Source of the DNA: Candidatus Poriferisocius sp.
GTDB taxonomy: Bacteria; Actinomycetota; Acidimicrobiia; Acidimicrobiales; Bin134
Reading direction: 5' to 3'
NCBI RefSeq assembly: GCF_965208475.1
Contig: NZ_OZ242338.1
Location: 2,834,782 to 2,898,781 of the forward strand
DNA length: 64,000 nt
Shown here: piece after piece, positions 54,101 through 63,420 of the stretch
Position numbering within the stretch: the first letter of the stretch is position 1
How the letters are laid out: each line of letters starts with the position of its first letter
Program-made: the position numbers and the translations under genes
The notes under the pieces: generated by a model
Database searches by the model: none
What the model saw: only the letters and a program-made list of their open reading frames with translations
Told to the model about the DNA's origin: nothing

Positions 54101-55542
54101 TGTATGGCCTCGTCGAACTGCTCTCTGGGGAGGCTGGCGAACGGGGCCGCCCTGGTGAACATCTGATAGAGGCCATCGACGGTGTGGTTGTCGTCGGCGG
54201 CGGCTTCGGCGATGAGCTGCTGCACCAAGATGTCGAGGGGGGCTTGCGGGGGACAGATGGCGTCGAGTTGGCCCTGGTGGACGGCACCGATGAGGGCGAG
54301 GGATTCGATGAGCTCGTCTCGGGTGAGGGGCCACAGGCGGCCCTTGGGTGTGCCGTGGCGGCTGTGGTTGGAGCGGCCCACCCGCTGGAGGAAGGTGGCA
54401 ATGCTGCGGGGGGAGCCCACCTGGCACACCAGCTCGACCGGGCCGATGTCGATGCCCAGCTCCAGGGATGCGGTGGCCACCAGGGCCTTGAGATCGCCGG
54501 CGCGGAGGCGATGCTCGGTGCGGTAGCGGCGCTCAGTGGACAAAGAGCCGTGGTGGGCGGCCACCGCATCCTCGCCCAGGCGCTCGGCCAGTTGGTGGGC
54601 GATGCGCTCCGACAGGCGCCGGGTGTTGACGAACACGATGGTGGTGTGATGCTCTCCGATGAGGGTGGCCATGCGGTCGAGGATCTGGTCCATCTGGGCG
54701 TGGGAGATCACCGATTCGAGCTCGTCGTCGATCAGCTCCAAGCGGATGTCGAGGTTTCGCTGGTGGCCAGTGTCGACGATGGCGCAGCTGGGTTCGGCTG
54801 CGGCTGGGGCGGTGGCGGCTGCGGCGGGGGTTTTGGGGATGCCGGTGAGGAGGTTGGCGATGGTGGCGATGGGGTGCTGGGTGGCCGACAGGCCGATGCG
54901 GGTGGGGCGGTTGTTGGCCACGTGTTCTAGGCGCTCGAGGGTGAGGGCCAGGTGGCTGCCCCGCTTGTCTCGGGCGGTGGCGTGGATCTCGTCGACGATC
55001 ACCGTCTCCACGGTGCGCAGCACCTCGCGGCTCTTGGCCGCGGTCACCAGCAAATAGAGCGACTCGGGGGTGGTGACCACGAAGTTGGCCGGCTTTTTGA
55101 TCATGGCGGCCCGGGTGTGAGCCGGGGTGTCGCCGGTGCGCACCGCCACCGTCAGCGGCGGAGGGTCGAAGCCCTGTTGTCGGGCTATTTCAGCGATCTC
55201 GGCCAGAGGGCGCTCCAGGTTCTCGGCAATGTCGGTGGCCAGGGCTTTCAGCGGCGACACGTACACCACCTGGCTGGCCTTGGCCACCGTTTGGCCAGCG
55301 GCGTGGCGCTTATAGAGGTTGTCGATGGCGATGAGGAACCCGGCCAGGGTCTTGCCCGACCCGGTGGGCGCGGCGATCAGCGTGTCTTTGCCCGACGCAA
55401 TAGCCGGCCACCCCTGAGCCTGCGCCTCAGTAGGCCCCCCCGGAAACCGCCCCTCGAACCAAGCCGCCACCGCCGGGTGGAACTCATAGCCGATGTCGGC
55501 GACCACGCGGGGCGCAGCATGAGTCGGAAAAGCCACAGCCAA
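51172..55542 (-). CDS. lhr: Lhr-family large ATP-dependent DEAD/DEAH-box helicase
   Basis: 1456 aa. Walker A APTGSGKT, motif II VIVDEIHA and the long C-terminal region characteristic of Lhr. TTG start. Confidence 0.85.
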   Translation of the reverse strand: MAVAFPTHAAPRVVADIGYEFHPAVAAWFEGRFPGGPTEAQAQGWPAIASGKDTLIAAPTGSGKTLAGFLIAIDNLYKRHAAGQTVAKASQVVYVSPLKALATDIAENLERPLAEIAEIARQQGFDPPPLTVAVRTGDTPAHTRAAMIKKPANFVVTTPESLYLLVTAAKSREVLRTVETVIVDEIHATARDKRGSHLALTLERLEHVANNRPTRIGLSATQHPIATIANLLTGIPKTPAAAATAPAAAEPSCAIVDTGHQRNLDIRLELIDDELESVISHAQMDQILDRMATLIGEHHTTIVFVNTRRLSERIAHQLAERLGEDAVAAHHGSLSTERRYRTEHRLRAGDLKALVATASLELGIDIGPVELVCQVGSPRSIATFLQRVGRSNHSRHGTPKGRLWPLTRDELIESLALIGAVHQGQLDAICPPQAPLDILVQQLIAEAAADDNHTVDGLYQMFTRAAPFASLPREQFDEAIQQAARGVVTGRGPRGAYLHYDSVNQEVRGRRGARLAALTSGGAIGENGDYRVVAEPDDTFIGTVNEDWAVESMAGDIFLLGSHSWRIKQVVAGTVRVIDAGDAPPTVPFWLGEAPARTTELSQQVSALRASIKELLPEDPEVNPLDDIALARAAEQLAHTHDTTAEIAEQAVTYIAAAKASLGTVPTHTDIVFERFFDDTGGQQLVVHSPYGGRINRAFGLALRKRLCRRFDFELQAAANDNAIILSLGPHHSFPLSDVPAFLHPDSVEEVLTQAVLDSPMFTARWRWNLNRALVVLRSRGGKRNPPPIQRMEADDIMAAVFPGAAACQENVAGPIEIPDHLLVRQTLHDTLHEALDVDGLKQLLTDIRSGQVRTHFCDTAEPSPLSHEIVNARPYAFLDDAEIVDRRTNAVTVPRGLRPRNDRQPPTLDQPALSQITPDAITQVIEEITPDPRTPDELHDLLTTLVTTHPHPEWTDLYNELESKGRAQTIQSPTNTPLWTTTELSETALTPEMAIEKIRGHLEITGPTTPEELAKKTALTLPTVQQSLAALESEGTAMRANHLPVQPTPNQQKKGGAPHAGGSRETWCSRRLLQRMSYLSRRQKRASIQPASAQDFMRFLLDWHRLTPDTTVRGRPGLTKILEQLQGLDLPAGTWEKQIIAQRLPDYNPLWLDELCYRGELAWLRLSPPTTPAKANTMAPRKATPITLAFREDLPWLLAAARTRDLECPESGPIQEIADILAAQGASFLPDLAAATHRLPDDIERALWSGVALGLFTADGFAAVRSLLSRPSRRPTRHRPGQGLRSQALRTRAMRVNRGHNSQQQQVPAAPGRWSLVPQAEHFPLEDLAEAAAHQMLTCWGVVFRDLAHHPASPIATPWREILKALRRFEDRGLVRGGRFVTGFSGEQFALPAAAEQLQTAVHRPRTGQTINIAACDPLNLTGILFEGPRTPATPNNTISYTDGRPIPSGDRPST

Positions 55543-55636
55543 AGAGTACCGGGCGGTTGTGACAGGCTCAGCGGGTAGCGGGCGGCCTGACGGAAATCTG
55601 GGGATGAAAGATAGTGATGTGTGTATAGTTAGGCGT

Positions 55637-55885
55637 ATGCCACGGATGCAGGTTTATTTGCCGGATGATCTACATGCGGCGGTCAAAGAGCACGGATTTC
55701 CCGCCTCTGAGATGCTGCAGAAGGCCGTTCGGGAGGAGATTCGACGACTTGAGCTGATCAAGGCAGGTGAGGAGTACTTGGAGGAGCTGCGGGCCGAGGT
55801 AGGGCCTTCTACACCAGAAAGCGAGGCCTGGGCTGAGGAAATCGTAGGACAGATTGTCCGCCATTCCGAGCAGACCGCTAGCTAG
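55637..55885 (+). CDS. Ribbon-helix-helix antitoxin-like protein
   Basis: ATG 55637. MPRMQVYLPDDLHAAVKEHGFPASEMLQKAVREEI. 1-nt overlap with the PIN gene. Confidence 0.6.
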   Translation: MPRMQVYLPDDLHAAVKEHGFPASEMLQKAVREEIRRLELIKAGEEYLEELRAEVGPSTPESEAWAEEIVGQIVRHSEQTAS

Positions 55886-56268
55886 TGACACTCGTGGTTG
55901 ATTCGGGCGGAGTCTCGTTTCTCACTGGCACAACACTTGAAGCGGCTGATGTAATCCGAGGGTTCCAGCGCGAAGGGCTTTGGCCACCGGTGGTGCCGTC
56001 ACCTGTGTTGGTTGAGTGCATGCAAGGTGACGCAGGAAAAGACGCCAGAGTCAATCTGCTTCTCAAATCATGCGAAGTAGTGGAATTGATTGACATCGGA
56101 TTGGCCCGGAGGGCCGGTTGGCTTCGAACTCGTGCCCAGAGAGGCTCAGCGATTGATGCTCTTGTAGTTGCCCTGGCCGAACCAGGAGGTTCGGTGCTCA
56201 CCTCTGATTCCGGCGATCTACGCGCCTTGTCGGCGTACGCCCAAGACGTGCGCATCGTTTCGATTTAG
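55885..56268 (+). CDS. PIN-domain protein (VapC-like toxin)
   Basis: LVVDSGGVSFL, IDALVVALA and LTSDSGDL acidic motifs. 127 aa. GTG start. Confidence 0.6.
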   Translation: MTLVVDSGGVSFLTGTTLEAADVIRGFQREGLWPPVVPSPVLVECMQGDAGKDARVNLLLKSCEVVELIDIGLARRAGWLRTRAQRGSAIDALVVALAEPGGSVLTSDSGDLRALSAYAQDVRIVSI

Positions 56269-56280
56269 GAGACAACGCGG

Positions 56281-56850
56281 GTGGGATCTACTTGGGGTGG
56301 GCGGATGTCGAGGAGGGACTATGACGCTCGGTGGGAGCGGCTGGCCGCTGAGGGGCACAACCCGCATGGGGAGGCCGACTTTGTGGACTCGCTGCTGGGG
56401 GGCTTGGGGCGGGTGCTGGACGCCGGGTGCGGGACGGGGCGGGTGGCTGTTGAGCTGGCCCGGCGGGGGTATGAGGCCGTGGGGGTGGACGTCGACGACG
56501 AGATGATCTCGGGGGCTCGGGCCAAGGCGCCGGAACTGGCGTGGCACCAATTCGACCTGGCCTCGTTTGATTTGGGGGAGACGTTTGACGCGGTGGTGAT
56601 GGCGGGCAACGTGCTGCTGTTCACCGCGCCGGGCACTGAGGCCGCGGTGGTGGGGCACTGCGCCGCCCACATCTCCTTCGGCGGCACGCTGGTGGCCGGG
56701 TTCCAGCTACGGGGCGGGGGCTACGGGCTAGATCGCTACGACGCCGACTGCGATGCGGCTGGATTGGCCCTTTCGGAGCGGTATTCGACTTGGGAGCGGG
56801 GGGCGTGGGCCGGCGGCGACTACGCCGTGTCGGTCCACCGCTTGGTGTAG
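56281..56850 (+). CDS. Class I SAM-dependent methyltransferase
   Basis: Motif I VLDAGCGTGRVAVELARRGYEAVGVDVDDEM. Confidence 0.8.
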   Translation: MGSTWGGRMSRRDYDARWERLAAEGHNPHGEADFVDSLLGGLGRVLDAGCGTGRVAVELARRGYEAVGVDVDDEMISGARAKAPELAWHQFDLASFDLGETFDAVVMAGNVLLFTAPGTEAAVVGHCAAHISFGGTLVAGFQLRGGGYGLDRYDADCDAAGLALSERYSTWERGAWAGGDYAVSVHRLV

Positions 56851-56882
56851 GCGCGCTTGGATACAGGCGCGAGACTGGGGGG

Positions 56883-57122
56883 GTGCTGGGTGGGCCGGAG
56901 ATCATCACGTTCTTGCTGCTGGCGCTGGGAGGTGCGCTGGCGGTGGGCAACATCGCCGCGCTGATCAATCCCGAGGGGCCCCGACGGCGGGCACAGGGTC
57001 CGCCGCCCCCGCCGGGCGCTCCCGATGAGCCGGTCAAGCCGAAGGTGGGGCGCAGCGTGGTGATGATCATGGTGGGCCTGGTGATCGTGATATGGGCCAT
57101 CGCCAGCCTCATCGGGGGGTGA
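56883..57122 (+). CDS. Small two-TM membrane protein with a proline-rich loop
   Basis: GTG 56883 lies in the frame of ORF 56790..57122. Two hydrophobic helices flank PPPPPGAPDEP. Immediately upstream of the liv-type operon. Confidence 0.35.
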   Translation: MLGGPEIITFLLLALGGALAVGNIAALINPEGPRRRAQGPPPPPGAPDEPVKPKVGRSVVMIMVGLVIVIWAIASLIGG

Positions 57123-57167
57123 GCCTTCCCGCCCGGCGCAGGTGGGCGGGATAGGGTCGGGTGGAGT

Positions 57168-57929
57168 ATGGCCTTGTTGGATGTGGCGGGGGTCACGGTG
57201 CGGTTTGGCGGGGTCACCGCGCTGGCGGACCTGTCGTTCACCGTGGACGAGGGCAGCATCTGCGGATTGATCGGGCCCAACGGGGCGGGAAAGACCACGC
57301 TGTTCAACGTGGTCAGCAGGGTGTACGACGCCCAGGATGGGACGGTGGCCTTCGAGGGCGCCGACCTGCTGGCCCGCCCGGCCCATGCCATCAGCGGCCT
57401 GGGCATCGGCCGCACGTTTCAGAATCTGGCGCTGTGGCCGGGCATGACCGTGCTTCAGAACGTGATGGTGGGCGCCCACCACCGCTCTCGGATCGGCGCT
57501 CTGCGGGCCGCTCTGCGGTGGGGGTCGGGCCGGGAGGAGGCCGAGCTGGCCCGAACGGCGTGGGATGCGCTGGACGAGCTGTCGTTGACCGACGTGGCCT
57601 TCCACCCCGCCGCCGGGCTGCCGTTCGGCACGCTCAAGCGGGTGGAGCTGGCCCGGGCGCTGGTGGGCAGGCCCCGGCTGTTGCTGCTGGACGAGCCGGC
57701 CACCGGTCTTACCCAGACCGAGGTGGGCGAGCTGGGCGAGCTTTTGGTGGCGCTGGCCGAGCGGCATTCGCTGACGCTTCTGTTGGTGGAGCACCACATG
57801 GGGATGGTTATGGGGGTATCTGACAAGGTGGTGGTGCTGGACTTCGGGGCCAAGATCGCCGAAGGCTCCCCCGCCGAGGTGCAGAACGACCCCGCGGTGG
57901 TGGAGGCTTATCTGGGAGCCCCGCAGTGA
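57168..57929 (+). CDS. livG: Branched-chain amino acid ABC transporter ATP-binding protein (LivG-like)
   Basis: Walker A GPNGAGKTT and a LivG-type C-terminus VVEAYLG. Confidence 0.85.
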   Translation: MALLDVAGVTVRFGGVTALADLSFTVDEGSICGLIGPNGAGKTTLFNVVSRVYDAQDGTVAFEGADLLARPAHAISGLGIGRTFQNLALWPGMTVLQNVMVGAHHRSRIGALRAALRWGSGREEAELARTAWDALDELSLTDVAFHPAAGLPFGTLKRVELARALVGRPRLLLLDEPATGLTQTEVGELGELLVALAERHSLTLLLVEHHMGMVMGVSDKVVVLDFGAKIAEGSPAEVQNDPAVVEAYLGAPQ

Positions 57930-58639
57930 GCGCTCCCTATTTGGAGGTGCGGGGGCTGAAGGCGGCCTACGGGAACATCCAGGTGCTGCACGGGGTGGAC
58001 TTCTCGGTGGCCGAGGGGCAGATCGCGGTGATTTTGGGGGCCAACGGGGCGGGCAAGACCACCACGCTGCGGGCGCTGTGCGCCATGGTGTCGACCGAGG
58101 GGTCGATCAAGCTGGCCGGCGAGGAGTTGGCCGGGCACCGCACCGCCGAAATCGTGCGGCGGGGGGTGGCCCATGTGCCCCAAGGGCGGGGGACGTTCCC
58201 CGATCTCTCGGTGGAGGAGAACCTGATGGCCGGGGCGTTCGTGCGCTCCGACGCAGAGGTGCGGGACGACGTCGAGCGGTGGTACGAGACCTTCCCGGTG
58301 CTGGGCGAGCGGCGCAATCAGGCCGCCGGATCGCTGAGCGGGGGGGAACAGCAGATGCTGGCCATCGCCCGAGCCTTGATGCTGCGGCCATCGCTGCTGC
58401 TGTTGGACGAGCCGTCGCTGGGGTTGGCGCCGATGATCACCCGGTCCTTGTTCGAGCAGCTCACTGTGATCAATGCCACCGCCGGCACCACCATGCTGGT
58501 GGTGGAGCAGAACGCCAGCCTGGCGCTAGGAGTGGCCGATGTGGCCTACGTGCTGGAGGCCGGGGAGGTGGCGCTGTCGGGCCCCGCCGACCAGCTGGCC
58601 GCCGACGACAACGTCCGCCGGGCGTACCTGGGGTATTGA
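57926..58639 (+). CDS. livF: Branched-chain amino acid ABC transporter ATP-binding protein (LivF-like)
   Basis: GANGAGKTTTLRAL, LSGGEQQMLAIARAL and C-terminal RRAYLGY. Confidence 0.85.
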   Translation: MSAPYLEVRGLKAAYGNIQVLHGVDFSVAEGQIAVILGANGAGKTTTLRALCAMVSTEGSIKLAGEELAGHRTAEIVRRGVAHVPQGRGTFPDLSVEENLMAGAFVRSDAEVRDDVERWYETFPVLGERRNQAAGSLSGGEQQMLAIARALMLRPSLLLLDEPSLGLAPMITRSLFEQLTVINATAGTTMLVVEQNASLALGVADVAYVLEAGEVALSGPADQLAADDNVRRAYLGY

Positions 58640-58642
58640 GCG

Positions 58643-59584
58643 ATGGTTGTTGTCGCATCGCTGCTCGGGGTGTTCGACATCTCGCTGGACAAGCTTTCCG
58701 ACGGCGAGCTGTGGCTGGCCCAGTTCTTTAGGGGGCTGAGCGACGGAGCTACCTATGCGTCGGTGGCGCTGGCGCTGGTGATGATCTACAAGTCCACCGG
58801 GTTCATCAACTTCGCCCAGGGCTCTTTGGCGCTGTTGGGGGTGTATATGGCCTACATATTCAGCGTGGAGCAGGGGCTGCCGGTGGCCGTCGCGGTGGTG
58901 TGCGCCATGGTGGCCAGCTCATTGGTGGCAATGTTCATCGAGCGGGTGTTCATCCGTCCGTTCCCGCCCGACCATGTGCTGCCGTTGGTGATCGTGACGC
59001 TGGGGCTGTTGTTGATCATCGACTCGGCGGTGGGGATCGTGTGGGGGTTCCGCACCCGCAGCCTGCCCAGCATGTTCCCCAGCGGAGCGCCCATCGAGTG
59101 GGGCATCGCCCAGCTCACCTGGCGCACCATCGGCAACCTGGGCACAGTGTTCGCGGTGGTGGGGCTGTTGTATCTGCTGTTGTCGCGCACCAGGGTGGGG
59201 CTGGCCTTTCGGGCGGTGTCGTCGAATCTGGAATCGGCCCGACTGGTGGGCATCCGGGTGGGGCCCACGCTGGGATTCGGCTGGGCGCTGGCCGCGGCCA
59301 TCGGCACCCTGGGCGGGGCACTGGTGGTGCCCGACCTGCTGCTGGAGCCCTCCATCATGCTGCGGGTGCTGATCTTCTCGCTGGCCGCCGCGGCGTTGGG
59401 CGGGCTCGACTCCATGATGGGGGCGGTTGTCGGTGGATTGGTGGTGGGGCTGGCCCGAAACCTCTTGGTGACGTTCTTGGACCTGAGCGAGCTGGCCCTG
59501 GCCACCGCGGTGGCGGTGATCTTGGCGGTGCTTTTGGTGCGGCCCACCGGCCTGTTCGGATCGACCCGGGTGGAGCGGGTGTGA
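58643..59584 (+). CDS. livH: Branched-chain amino acid ABC transporter permease (LivH-like)
   Basis: GLSDGATYASVALALVMIYKSTGFINFAQG. Confidence 0.85.
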   Translation: MVVVASLLGVFDISLDKLSDGELWLAQFFRGLSDGATYASVALALVMIYKSTGFINFAQGSLALLGVYMAYIFSVEQGLPVAVAVVCAMVASSLVAMFIERVFIRPFPPDHVLPLVIVTLGLLLIIDSAVGIVWGFRTRSLPSMFPSGAPIEWGIAQLTWRTIGNLGTVFAVVGLLYLLLSRTRVGLAFRAVSSNLESARLVGIRVGPTLGFGWALAAAIGTLGGALVVPDLLLEPSIMLRVLIFSLAAAALGGLDSMMGAVVGGLVVGLARNLLVTFLDLSELALATAVAVILAVLLVRPTGLFGSTRVERV

Positions 59585-60738
59585 TGGCGGCCAAGTTGGG
59601 CGTTGTGGCCGCGGGCAGCCGGGCACACCGGAGGCGCCAGATCATCGGGTGGGCGCTGTTCGCCCTGGTGGTGGTGCTGATCCCGTTTCTGATCGCCGAC
59701 ACTTACAGCCCCACCATCTTCGGCAACCGCTACACGGTGGGGCTGGGCAACTTGAGCCAGGCCATCGGGCTGATGGTGGCCGTTTTGGGGCTGAACATCG
59801 CCACCGGCTACAGCGGGCAGCTCTCTTTGGGCCACAGCTTCTTCGTGGGCTCGGGGGCTTACCTCACTGCGGTGCTGGTGAATGAGTTTCACTGGTCGTA
59901 TGTGTCCACCCTGGGAGTGGTGGTTCCGGGGCTGTTCGTGTTCGGGGTGCTGTTCGGGGTGCCCGCCCTGCGGATCCAGGGGTTGTATCTGGGGCTGTTG
60001 ACGTTTGCGGTGGCTGCGGTGTTCCCGTCGATCATCCGACTCGACAACGTGGCCGACCGCACCGGGGGCAGCAACGGGCTGTTGATAGACAGCGATCTGG
60101 TGGCGCCGACGTGGGCGCCCATCGAGAAGGTGACCGAGTGGCTGCACGCCATACCCGGGGTGGGTTCTCGGGTTCCCGACGGGTTGACCGGCCGCCAGGA
60201 GGAGGCGGTGTACAAGTACTTCTTACTGATGATCGTGGCGCTGGTGTGCTTCTGGCTGGTGCGCAACATCCTGGCCGGCCGGGTGGGGCGGGCCTTGGTG
60301 GCCATTCGGGACAACCCGCTGGGGGCGGCGGCCAACGGGGTGAATCTGGCCGCTTACAAGACCCTGAGCTTTGGCATCAGCGCCGCGGTGGGCGGGGTGG
60401 CCGGGACCATGCTGGCCATGCACTCGGGGTTCGTGGGGCCCGATGAGTTCGGCTTTTCGATGGCCATCTTGTTGATCGTGGGGCTGATCGTGGGCGGCTC
60501 GGGAACCCTGCACGGGGCGGTGGTGGGCGGGCTGGCCATCCAGTTCGTGCCCCACTGGTCGAGCCAGACCCAGACTTTGCCGGGCACCGACGTAGCTTTG
60601 GAGGGGCCCTACGGAACCGCCATATTGGGCGGCCTTTTGATCGTGATCATCTTTGCGCTGCCCGGCGGGGGGGCCCACGGATTCCGAAAGGTCAAGTCCC
60701 GGCTGATGCCGGTGGCGCCCCAGCCGCCTGGGGGCTGA
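59584..60738 (+). CDS. livM: Branched-chain amino acid ABC transporter permease (LivM-like)
   Basis: ATG 59584 overlaps the livH stop. GYSGQLSLGHSFFVGSGAY motif. Confidence 0.85.
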   Translation: MAAKLGVVAAGSRAHRRRQIIGWALFALVVVLIPFLIADTYSPTIFGNRYTVGLGNLSQAIGLMVAVLGLNIATGYSGQLSLGHSFFVGSGAYLTAVLVNEFHWSYVSTLGVVVPGLFVFGVLFGVPALRIQGLYLGLLTFAVAAVFPSIIRLDNVADRTGGSNGLLIDSDLVAPTWAPIEKVTEWLHAIPGVGSRVPDGLTGRQEEAVYKYFLLMIVALVCFWLVRNILAGRVGRALVAIRDNPLGAAANGVNLAAYKTLSFGISAAVGGVAGTMLAMHSGFVGPDEFGFSMAILLIVGLIVGGSGTLHGAVVGGLAIQFVPHWSSQTQTLPGTDVALEGPYGTAILGGLLIVIIFALPGGGAHGFRKVKSRLMPVAPQPPGG

Positions 60739-60810
60739 AATTGTCGCTGTGGCCGCGTAGGGTTACAGGACCGCTCCAACCGAAGAGCCCATCTCAGGAG
60801 GGATGACCCC

Positions 60811-62151
60811 ATGTCGAAATCTTGGCGAATCTTGCTCGCGCTGTTTGTTGTGCTCGCGCTGGTGGCCAGCAGCTGCGGCAACGACGACGATGGCGCACCG
60901 GCGTCCGAGCCGGTGGAGCCCTCCGATCCCAACATCGTGGAGCTGGGCGGCGGCGCGGTGATCGACGTCGGCGAGTGCCCTGATGAGTGGGACAACTACG
61001 GCGGGGTTACCGACACCGAGATCCGCTTCGGCAGCAGCTTGCCCCGGTCGGGGGCTTTGGCCGGATTCGGCACCATCGCCGACGGCGTCGGCCTCTACTT
61101 CGACGCAGTCGGGCCCATCGAGGGCCGCAACGTGGTGATGGTGGCCCGGGACGACGGCTACGTGCCGGCCCGCACGGTGACCAATGTGGAGGAGATGATC
61201 GACGTCGAGAACCTGCTGGGGTTCGCCGGGATTCTGGGCAGCCCCAACAATCTGGCGGTGCGCGACACGCTCAACGAGAACTGCATCCCGCAGCTCTTCA
61301 ACCTGACCGGGCTGCCCGAATGGGGCGACCCCACCAACTACCCGTGGACCACTGGCGCGCTGATGTCGTATGAGACCGAGGCCCGAGTGTGGTGCCAGCA
61401 CATAGCCGACGAGATCGGCTCGGGCGCGACGGCCGCGGTATTGGCGCTGGGCAACGACGCCGGCGAGGCGTGGCGAGTGGCCTTCAATGAGTGCGCTCCC
61501 GAACACGGCATCGAGATCTTGGACGAGATCAAGCACGACCCGCAGGCCGACTCGGTGGGCGCTGATGTGATCAACTTGGCGGCCAGCAACGCCGACGCTC
61601 TGGTGGTGGCCTCTTCGGGGGCGTTCTGCCCGCAGGCAGTGGCCACTGTGGCCAGCCTGCCGTGGGAGCCGATGATGCTGGTGGCCAACGGGTGCCAGAG
61701 CATTGCCTTGTTCTGGGTCCCCATCGGGCCGCTGGCCAACGGGGTCCGGATGGTGAACACCCAAAAGGACGTGTCCGACTCTTCGTTGGCCGACGACGAA
61801 TGGGTGCAGTTCGTGCGCGACGCGCTGGAGGCCCAGGGCATCGATCCCGAAGCCGCTTCCCACGCCTTGGGCTATATCTTCGGCGAGGTATTGCACGAGG
61901 TTCTTTTGGACGCGGCCGGTATGGACGGCGGCATCAACCGGACCAATGTGATGCGGGCCATGTGGCGGATGGACTTCGACTCCCGTGGTGCGCTGGGCAA
62001 TTCCCCGCGGCGCATGGACGGGGCCAACGACTCCTACATGGTGGAGGCCGGTCGCATGGAAGAGTTGGTGGTGGACGCCGATGGCGCCCGCTACCTGCCC
62101 GTCAGCGACGTGATCTCCTTCGAGGGCGAAACCGGCACATTCGGGAATTAG
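60811..62151 (+). CDS. ABC-transporter substrate-binding lipoprotein (Leu/Ile/Val-binding family)
   Basis: GGAGGG before ATG 60811. Lipobox VASSCGN. Last gene of the livGFHM-type operon. Confidence 0.8.
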   Translation: MSKSWRILLALFVVLALVASSCGNDDDGAPASEPVEPSDPNIVELGGGAVIDVGECPDEWDNYGGVTDTEIRFGSSLPRSGALAGFGTIADGVGLYFDAVGPIEGRNVVMVARDDGYVPARTVTNVEEMIDVENLLGFAGILGSPNNLAVRDTLNENCIPQLFNLTGLPEWGDPTNYPWTTGALMSYETEARVWCQHIADEIGSGATAAVLALGNDAGEAWRVAFNECAPEHGIEILDEIKHDPQADSVGADVINLAASNADALVVASSGAFCPQAVATVASLPWEPMMLVANGCQSIALFWVPIGPLANGVRMVNTQKDVSDSSLADDEWVQFVRDALEAQGIDPEAASHALGYIFGEVLHEVLLDAAGMDGGINRTNVMRAMWRMDFDSRGALGNSPRRMDGANDSYMVEAGRMEELVVDADGARYLPVSDVISFEGETGTFGN

Positions 62152-63368
62152 GAGACGGTGATCGGCACTGAGGAGTAGCCGGCTACGTTGGACATCTGCA
62201 CCCGGCGCAGGCAGGATTCCTGCACCTCGAAGGCGGGCCAGCGCCGGGCGATCTCCTCGATGGCCACCCGGCTCTCCAATCGGGCCAGGGCCGCGCCCAA
62301 ACACACATGCAGGCCGTGGCCCAGCCCGACGGCGAGACCGGCCTCGCGGGTGATGTCGAATTTGTCGGGATCGCCGTAGCGGCGGGGGTCGCGGTTGGCC
62401 GACCCGGTGATCAGAAACACCGGCTTGTGCTTGGGGATGGTCACCCCGTGCCATTCGGAGTCGACCATTGAGTAGCGGCCCTGGTACTGCGAGGGGGCCC
62501 AGTAGCGGAGGATCTCCTCCACCGCGTTGGCGATGACGGCGGGGTCGTCGAGCACCTTGGCCCACTGATCCCGATGGCGATGGAACAAGACCACGGCGTT
62601 GCCCACCAGCTTGGTTACCGTCTCGGAGCCCGCTGCGGCCAGCAGCGTTCCAAACTCGGCGATCTCCGCGTCGTTGAGTTGGGCCAAGTCACCGTCTTCG
62701 GTCTCCACCTCGGCCTCGATCAGCGCGGAGAGCATGTCGTCGGCCGGGTTTTGGCGTTTCTTCACCGAGAGCTCATACAGGTACATCCCCTGGGCCATGC
62801 CCCCCTCCCGGGCAGCTTGGCTGCCCAGGGCCGAGCCTTCTTCCCGGTGGAGCATGGCGTCGGTCCACAGCCTGATTTGCTGGCGGTCTTCGGGGGGCAC
62901 GCCCAAGATGCTGGAGATGATCTCGACCGGAAACGGAGCGGCGAACTCCTCGAGGATGTCGAACTGGCGCCGGCCCATGAGCGGGTCGAGATATCCGCTG
63001 ATGATCTCCCTCACCAGCGACTCGTAGTTGCCGATGGAGCGGGGGGTGAATGAACGGGACACCAGCTTGCGATAGCGGGTGTGGCGGGGCGGGTCCATGG
63101 AGATGATCGCGCCTGTGTCCGCTGGCTGGCCCGAGGCCAGCTGCTCGTAGGTCTGGCCGTGGGTGGAGGTGAAGGTGGCGTGGTCGCGGTGGCCGGCCAC
63201 CACATCGTCGAACCGGCTCAGGGCATAGAAGTCATACTGCTCGCTGTAGTAGCAGGGGGCATGGTCGCGAAGTGCGGCATAGGTGTCATAGGGATCGTCA
63301 AAAAAATCCCGGCTGAACGGATCGAACTCAACGGTGGTGGCTTGCCCCATAACCCCAGTATTGACCAT
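62148..63368 (-). CDS. Cytochrome P450
   Basis: Heme-thiolate loop GHGLHVCLGAALAR, EEILR (ExxR) and the I-helix AGSETV. Confidence 0.9.
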   Translation of the reverse strand: MVNTGVMGQATTVEFDPFSRDFFDDPYDTYAALRDHAPCYYSEQYDFYALSRFDDVVAGHRDHATFTSTHGQTYEQLASGQPADTGAIISMDPPRHTRYRKLVSRSFTPRSIGNYESLVREIISGYLDPLMGRRQFDILEEFAAPFPVEIISSILGVPPEDRQQIRLWTDAMLHREEGSALGSQAAREGGMAQGMYLYELSVKKRQNPADDMLSALIEAEVETEDGDLAQLNDAEIAEFGTLLAAAGSETVTKLVGNAVVLFHRHRDQWAKVLDDPAVIANAVEEILRYWAPSQYQGRYSMVDSEWHGVTIPKHKPVFLITGSANRDPRRYGDPDKFDITREAGLAVGLGHGLHVCLGAALARLESRVAIEEIARRWPAFEVQESCLRRVQMSNVAGYSSVPITVS

Positions 63369-63420
63369 CCGCCGACAACCGCCAATCGGCGCGCCTGCGC
63401 GCTGTCATTTGCCGGCTAGG

